DNA of 64,000 nucleotides from Macrostomum lignano (lineage: Eukaryota), in contig NIVC01002429.1 in the NCBI GenBank assembly GCA_002269645.1, forward strand, positions 1-64,000. Direction: 5' to 3'. This document shows positions 57,311 to 64,000 of this stretch, piece after piece. The stretch's first letter is position 1. Every line of letters starts with the position of its first letter. The notes under the pieces are model-generated. The model saw only the letters and a list, made by a program, of their open reading frames with translations. It ran no database searches and was not told the origin of the DNA. The position numbers and the translations under genes were made by a program.

Positions 57311-57452
57311 CAACTGCCGCAGCCTGCAGAGCGGCCAGTGGGTCTGCGCTGCCATCCCCGGGCAGGCGGCTCTGCCAGTCCAGCTGCCGCTTGAAGTCCT
57401 CGCGGTCCTCAGAGTGGATGAGCTCCAGCACGCTCTGGTGAATGATGTCCGA
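57311..57452 (-). CDS. AHR: AHR-like gene, PAS-A exon
   Basis: [26 protein letters not shown] matches AHR SDVIHQSVYELIH.EDR.EF.RQL.W. Confidence 0.95.
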
Positions 57453-58034
57453 CTGCAAAAATTTCAATTCATTTTTATAAATCATAAAATCTAGTTTTTT
57501 TCAAGATCAGTTATTCAACAAGCATAATTAATAAAGAGCCAGCAAAACATCTGTTCTCTTCTAGAAGTTGGAGAAAGAAGAGGCAAAAAAACACAAGGCA
57601 CGCCGCGTCTTTGTTTCTAACTGAAAAAGGAACCGCCTGGAAATCTCAACACTACCTCTTAGGATTTGAGCACAGTCTGATAACAGGCTGAGTTTGGCTG
57701 TTAGGCACTCTCAGACACGAGAGCGAAAGGAAGGCACGAGAGCGATCAAGGGGATTGATTAGAATCCCGATTGGGATCTCGGGATTCGGAGGGAACCGAA
57801 TACAGAGGGCGATGATGCAATGTGTCGAACAGATTGCACATTTTGCTTTCTACATTCCAAGTTGGCGACCAGATTGGGATCTGGGCAGGTTGAGTAGGAG
57901 GGGAGGGTCTGAAAGGAGTTGATCAGAAACAGTCGGAACTCAAGGACCCTTCGGTGCGAAATTATGATAAAGAAAGAAGCAGACTGTCAAGGCAGGCCAG
58001 CTGACAACAGGCCAGGCGGATGCTGCGGACTCAC

Positions 58035-58228
58035 CTGGTGAAATCCCAAGTAGAATTCCACGGTTTTTGATGCGTAGAAAACTTCGCCTTCGCAGGTAAT
58101 GATGAAGATGAAGCCGCCCAGACTCTGCAGCAGGGCGTCGGACTCCGTGAACACCTGGTCGAACGGGTAGCCGTGAAAATGCGAGTGAAGCCGTTGGGTC
58201 TCCAGCACCAGCTTCTCGCTGAATAGGC
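58035..58228 (-). CDS. AHR: AHR-like gene, PAS-A exon
   Basis: LLQSLGGFIFIITCEGEVFYASKTVEFYLGFHQ; canonical splice sites. Confidence 0.94.
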
Positions 58229-58269
58229 CTGCGGTACGGGTACGGGGGTTAAGGACAGGTGCCAACTGG

Positions 58270-58842
58270 CGGACACAAATGATCTACTGACAGACACAGA
58301 TGATCTACTGATAGACACAAATTATCTACTGACAGACACAAATGATCTACTGACAGACACAAATGATCTACTGACAGACACAAATGATCTAGTGAGAGAC
58401 ACACATGATCTACTGACAGACACAAATAATCTACTGACAGACACAAATAATCTACTGACAGACACAAATAATCTACTGACAGACACAAATAATCTACTGA
58501 CAGACACAAATGATCTACTGACCGACACAAATGATTTAATGACAGACACAGATGATTTAATGACAGACACAGATGATTTAATGACAGGCACAGATGATTT
58601 AATGACAGGCACAGATGATTTAATGACAGGCACAGATGATTTAATGACAGGCACAGATGATTTAATGTCAGACACAGATGATTTAATGACAGACACAGAT
58701 GATTAAATGACAGACACAGATGATTTAATGACAGACACAGATGATTAAATGACAGACACAGATGATTTAATGACAGACACAGATGATTTAATGACAGGCA
58801 CAGATGATTTAATGACAGGCACGGATGATTTAATGACAGACT
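58270..58842. repeat. 21-bp minisatellite (ACAGACACAAATGATCTACTG grading into ACAGACACAGATGATTTAATG)
   Basis: Directly visible. Confidence 0.94.
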
Positions 58843-59825
58843 AATATCGATAAAACCGATAAAAGATTAAAATACGCAAGCAGAATTCATTGCAAAAATG
58901 AAACTCAAGTTGGCATAAATAATTCAAATTGTCATCAGCTCAACTCACTGTTCTCAATCATACAATACACTAGCATAAATATCTTCTTAAAGCTTTCCAA
59001 TCCACTATAGCAGACAGGCGCAGGTTTCGGGCAACGGAGTGAGGGGGGGGCAGAGTCAGGGCCCCGATTCTGAATGCGATTTTTAATTAAATTAGCTCAG
59101 AGCCCCCGCACAATGCCTGCCTAAACTCATGGCGTGCTCACTAATTTGCCCGTTCCTGCAGTTTTTGACTGACATTTCCTCTGTCCCTCCTCCTGCAGAG
59201 GCTGAGGCGCAGATCACGCAATCGAGTTCTTCATCGGATGGCGCGCTGCTGCCTTCAACCCCGCCTCCTTTTTGCACGGATTGAAGCTAAACTTTAAATC
59301 TGCTTGAAATTTATAAAATAAGAATCGTATATGAGTTCAGTCTGTTACGGCTAGGCTGACACAACTTCGCTTTCACTGGGACAGCAAGGCGGAGAATTTC
59401 TTCTGTTTTACAAATTTGTTACCGCAACAGCAACTGCAACAGGTGTCCCAGATTCTGTCTGCCTGGGGCCAACCCATCTGCTGCTGCTGCTGCTGGGGGC
59501 GGGTTGGGGGGGCTTCGCTTCCCGACTGGAACTGGAGCAGTGAGCTCACGGGTGGGGACGGGGGGTTCAAGGCATCCGGGTCCGTGGCAGCCCCGAATGC
59601 TCGCTTCCTTCGAGTGGAAAGGAGCGGATGACAGTCATTGATCAAGGAGATGCTCCGCTGGGCTGCGGCACCGCCTTCCGCCATCCGAGTCTGAGACGGA
59701 GCCTCGGGAAGGGGGATCCGAGTGGTAGACCTGCATGACTTTTTTCTGGGTCGGCTGCTGGGTAATTGATGAAGCTGCTGCTGCTTTCGACTGGTTGAGA
59801 TTTGCTTGCTGCTAACAGACTGCAG

Positions 59826-60560
<735 letters not shown>

Positions 60561-62279
60561 ACACGCAGGCAGGCAGATACTGCAGCTGATCTCTAAAAGT
60601 GCAGCAGCCTGAAGCCGCGGGAACCCTTCAGCAAGTTCGTGAAGGGAAGCTCGCAGGCCAGGCCGCAAAGCCGCCAGCTTCTAGCAGCCCCAGCAAGTTG
60701 GCTAAGGCGGCTGGCGCACGAAATATTTCGTGACAAGCGGAGCAAAAAAAGGCCGAGCGGCCACCCACCCCCGGCTTTCTTTCGCAGCAATCTGCTTGTC
60801 CCGCCTTGAGAAATCAGCAGCGCTCGCGGAGCTCCCAGGGAGCGGGAGCAGAGCTTGGCGCAGAATTGATCCCCGAGTAGGGGGACTACAGTGGCGTTAT
60901 TGAATAGAGAGAAAGAGCTTCAGCAAGGCCAGATGCACCTGTATCGACCCGGCCAGGCCTGCAGATACTAAGTGTACATTCTGTGCATGTGTTAGCATGC
61001 TGTCTTCCAACCCGCAGCCTATATCGATCCATTGTCGAACTGCCGACTCGCCGTCGCGCGGTATACAGCGACTTGGTAATGTGCTGCATAAGGAATAATA
61101 GAAAGCAGAGGTACTGCCAGTCTACCTGGCAGGATCTCGCCGGGAAGAGAAGATGGGAAGATCACTAAAAAGGAGAGTGGCAGTGGCTCAGATCTTCGCA
61201 ACGCTTCGATAGGCTCAAAAAAGGCGAGCTTATTTTAACGAACTATCCGCGAGTTCTCAACGCAGCACCTGACGGAGTTTAGGGAATTCCGTGTCCCCGT
61301 GTGCAGCGTTTCCCACCACTGTAGAAAAGTTGGGCGAGCGAGATGAAGAGGCCAAGGAAGCAGCTCGGCGGGTGGTCTCGAATGTCGGAAATGAATGCAT
61401 GAAACTAGGGGCTCGGAGGCGCAAAACACACAGAGAGATCCTGCAGACAGCAGACAATGCTCAACTCGCTCGCGTGCGTCAACTCTCCGTTGAGCATTCA
61501 AGCTTGCTTAGAAAGCGAAGGACAAAAGCATGGCGGAAAAAAAACTATTATAAATAATTTTTCTCCATCCCCAGACTCCCGCATCGGGCTTCATCAACTC
61601 TGCCGGAACTGGCTTCGCCTCGCCACTTATAGTTTTTAAAATGTTAGCTTGAAGCATCACAACGGGCCTCTTGATTCCGCTTTAACTGGCTCTGAACAGG
61701 CTTTGCCTGCTCAGTTCCCAGACTATAATTCCCCATTATTCTGTTATCTATTGATAAGCCGCATAGCGCGTGCGGCGACTTCCCGCTGGGCTCGAGCCGG
61801 GCGAAACAAAACAGGTGGAGCTCGGGTTTGGGTGGAGCGACTAAAATGGGAGTCGCAACTCGGACTGAGGAGAAAGGGAGGAGGAGCCGAATGAAAGAGC
61901 TGCTTTGTAAAAGGCGATTCCAAAGACTGAGAGGAGGCAGAAGCTAACGAATAGCCGCTAGGGCAGGTAGGTAGACAGGTAGAGAGTAGGGGGGGGGGCT
62001 CGAGGCAATTAAAGTCGCCTTGGTTGCGTGCAGAGGCACCGGGGAAAGGGGGGAGAGGACGGGATTGGGATTTGACTTTGGCTATTGAGCAGCTGAAGGC
62101 AAAAAGGGGGAGGAGAGAGAGTGAGTCGGGGTGAGCAGTCTTTCTCCGCTTTCTTCTTTTTCTCTTTTCTCCGTTTTGCCTGCCTAAATAATCTTCTTTG
62201 GGGCAACTGTTTGGCTTATGTAGTTGCTTTCTTACTGGTTTAATCCTAATTGAATTGACCCTCGCTAATGTAGCCGGTG

Positions 62280-62682
62280 TGCTGTAGTCTGTAGCTACAG
62301 CAGTTACTGTCATTCAGTCTGTAGTCTGTAGCTACAGCAGTTACTGTCATTCAGTCTGTAGTCTGTAGCTACAGCAGTTACTGTCATTCAGTCTGTAGTC
62401 TGTAGCTACAGCAGTTACTGTCCTGCAGTCTGTAGTCTGTAGCTACAGCAGTTACTGTCATACAGTCTGTAGCTACAGCAGTTACTGTCATGCAGTCTGT
62501 AGTCTGTAGCTACAGCAGTTACTGTCATTCAGTCTGTAGTCTGTAGCTACAGCAGTTACTGTCCTGCAGTCTGTAGTCTGTAGCTACAGCAGTTACTGTC
62601 ATACAGTCTGTAGCTACAGCAGTTACTGTCATGCAGTCTGTAGCTACAGCAGTTACTGTCATACATTCTGTAGCTACAGCAG
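62280..62682. repeat. 37/30-bp minisatellite containing the palindrome CTGTAGCTACAG
   Basis: Directly visible; about 11 units. Confidence 0.92.
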
Positions 62683-63589
62683 CCTCTACTAGGCTACTGC
62701 TCCAGAGCTAAAATTATGGAAAACTCTGGCAAAATTTCAACATTAGCGCACACCCTCAGAGTTTCCAGAAAGTTTTTCCGCAGCAGCAAAAAGCTGGTAG
62801 TGTTTTTTGATGCCATTCCTTAGGAGCCGAAAAATTAATTTACTATTTAGCGACCAGTTTTTTTCACAATTGCTCTCTGAGTTGAAAAAAACCACCGAGA
62901 GAATTCTTTGTCTCGAGCTGCCCCACCACCTGGTTTTGGAGGCGGTGCCACAGCGGGGTGACCCACATGCGGCAAGCGAGGACGAACCCGGGCGGGACCC
63001 CCCGGACTCCCCGTAGATGCACACGGGCTCCTGCCTCCCCCCCCCCAGTGGCTGTTTTGAGTCCCTGCCGCCCCCCTGCCAGGCATGTTGGTGCCCCTCA
63101 GCTCAGCGGGTTCTATCCGTTCTCTCCCCTACACTTTGCCGCCCCTCCCAGTCATTCTTCCCGATTCTGGATGCTGCAGCTCGGCCCCCCTTTTTAAATA
63201 ATAATCGTCCTGAGGGGCACCGGCTGCGTTGATTAACAGCCTTAAAGGGCAGGAAATCCCTCCTATACCCATTCTGTCCCCGCTGATCCTTATCATCCCA
63301 GCACCCTTCCATTCCACACTAGTCTGGGTCATTAAAAACTACTCAGTATATACCTGTGTTTTTAAAGGGAAGATAATTACATACCAGAGGAGGAAAGTGC
63401 CACTTTTTCCGGGTTTCTATACTCCCGAGTTTCTGAAGTCGGCGAAAATGGGGCGGTTTGGTGGGAGTGGCACGTGTGGGCTGCTTCTGATTCAGAAGCA
63501 TAGTCCAGGAGAACAATGGAAATCTTGTTTCGGTTTATTTGGCACAGATGTACCAATTTGTCAGTTCTGGTAGTTGTTCACAGCTAAGT

Positions 63590-63685
63590 TTGTCATCTGT
63601 ACACAGCCAACTATAACATCCGTACACAGCCAGCTATAACATCCGTACACAGCCAGCTGTAACATCCGTACACAGCCAGCTCTAC
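63590..63685. repeat. Short 23-bp tandem repeat (AACATCCGTACACAGCCAGCT(A/G)T), about 4 units
   Basis: Directly visible. Confidence 0.8.
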
Positions 63686-63725
63686 CATCTTTAAGTGATA
63701 TACATGTACGCATAGTTTCGCTTAC

Positions 63726-63934
63726 TCTGAAAGAAGACTTTAATCCGCAGGTAGGACACGGCCAGCCGCAGGATTGACAGCTTGTCAAGTTTGGCGATGA
63801 CACTCTGATCGAACGGTAGCAGGCTGGCCAGGTGGTCCAGCTCGCCGTTGAGCCGCTCCCGGTGCCGCTTTGACGGATTGGACTTGGCGTTGCAGTCCTT
63901 GGCGCTCGGTGCGCAGCGCTTGGCGCCATTGTTG
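63726..63934 (-). CDS. AHR: AHR-like gene, bHLH exon (exon 2 equivalent; the 5' exon lies beyond the window)
   Basis: [53 protein letters not shown], a diagnostic AHR bHLH; TTTTAG acceptor, GTAAG donor, phase 1. Confidence 0.97.
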
Positions 63935-64000
63935 CTAAAATTATACGAATAGATAGATAGCTCTTTAAAATATAAGTTATAGTATCAACGAGGAGTTTCC

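Overview
Eukaryotic (metazoan, invertebrate-type) genomic DNA with GT-AG introns and many tandem repeats. The style resembles a repeat-rich flatworm assembly such as Macrostomum, but that is only an impression. Three host genes can be rebuilt exon by exon with consistent splice phases. (1) A TBC1D10/EPI64-family RabGAP (minus, 18513-30951, 3 coding exons, 372 aa). (2) A Rab8-subfamily GTPase (plus, 44549-46321, 4 exons, 227 aa). (3) An aryl hydrocarbon receptor (AHR/spineless-type bHLH-PAS) gene (minus, 49231-63934, 10 exons visible, first exon beyond the window). There are two full-length Ty3/Gypsy LTR retrotransposons, each inserted inside a minisatellite: element 1 (plus, 2611-11258, TSD GGAG) and element 2 (minus, 19986-24926, TSD CTAG, identical LTRs, intact gag-pol). 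There is also a non-autonomous hAT element (38522-40628, 8-bp TSD), a decayed hAT-like transposase region, a decayed mariner (41050-42382) and about 20 distinct mini/microsatellites, many of them intronic. The standout is an extra ORF (8859-9845) in element 1, in the env position between pol and the 3' LTR. It encodes an Hsp40-type J-domain with intact HPD, an acidic linker, a chromodomain and an unassigned helical C-terminal domain, and has a splice acceptor directly in front of its ATG. No database searches were run; family assignments rest on recalled motifs.
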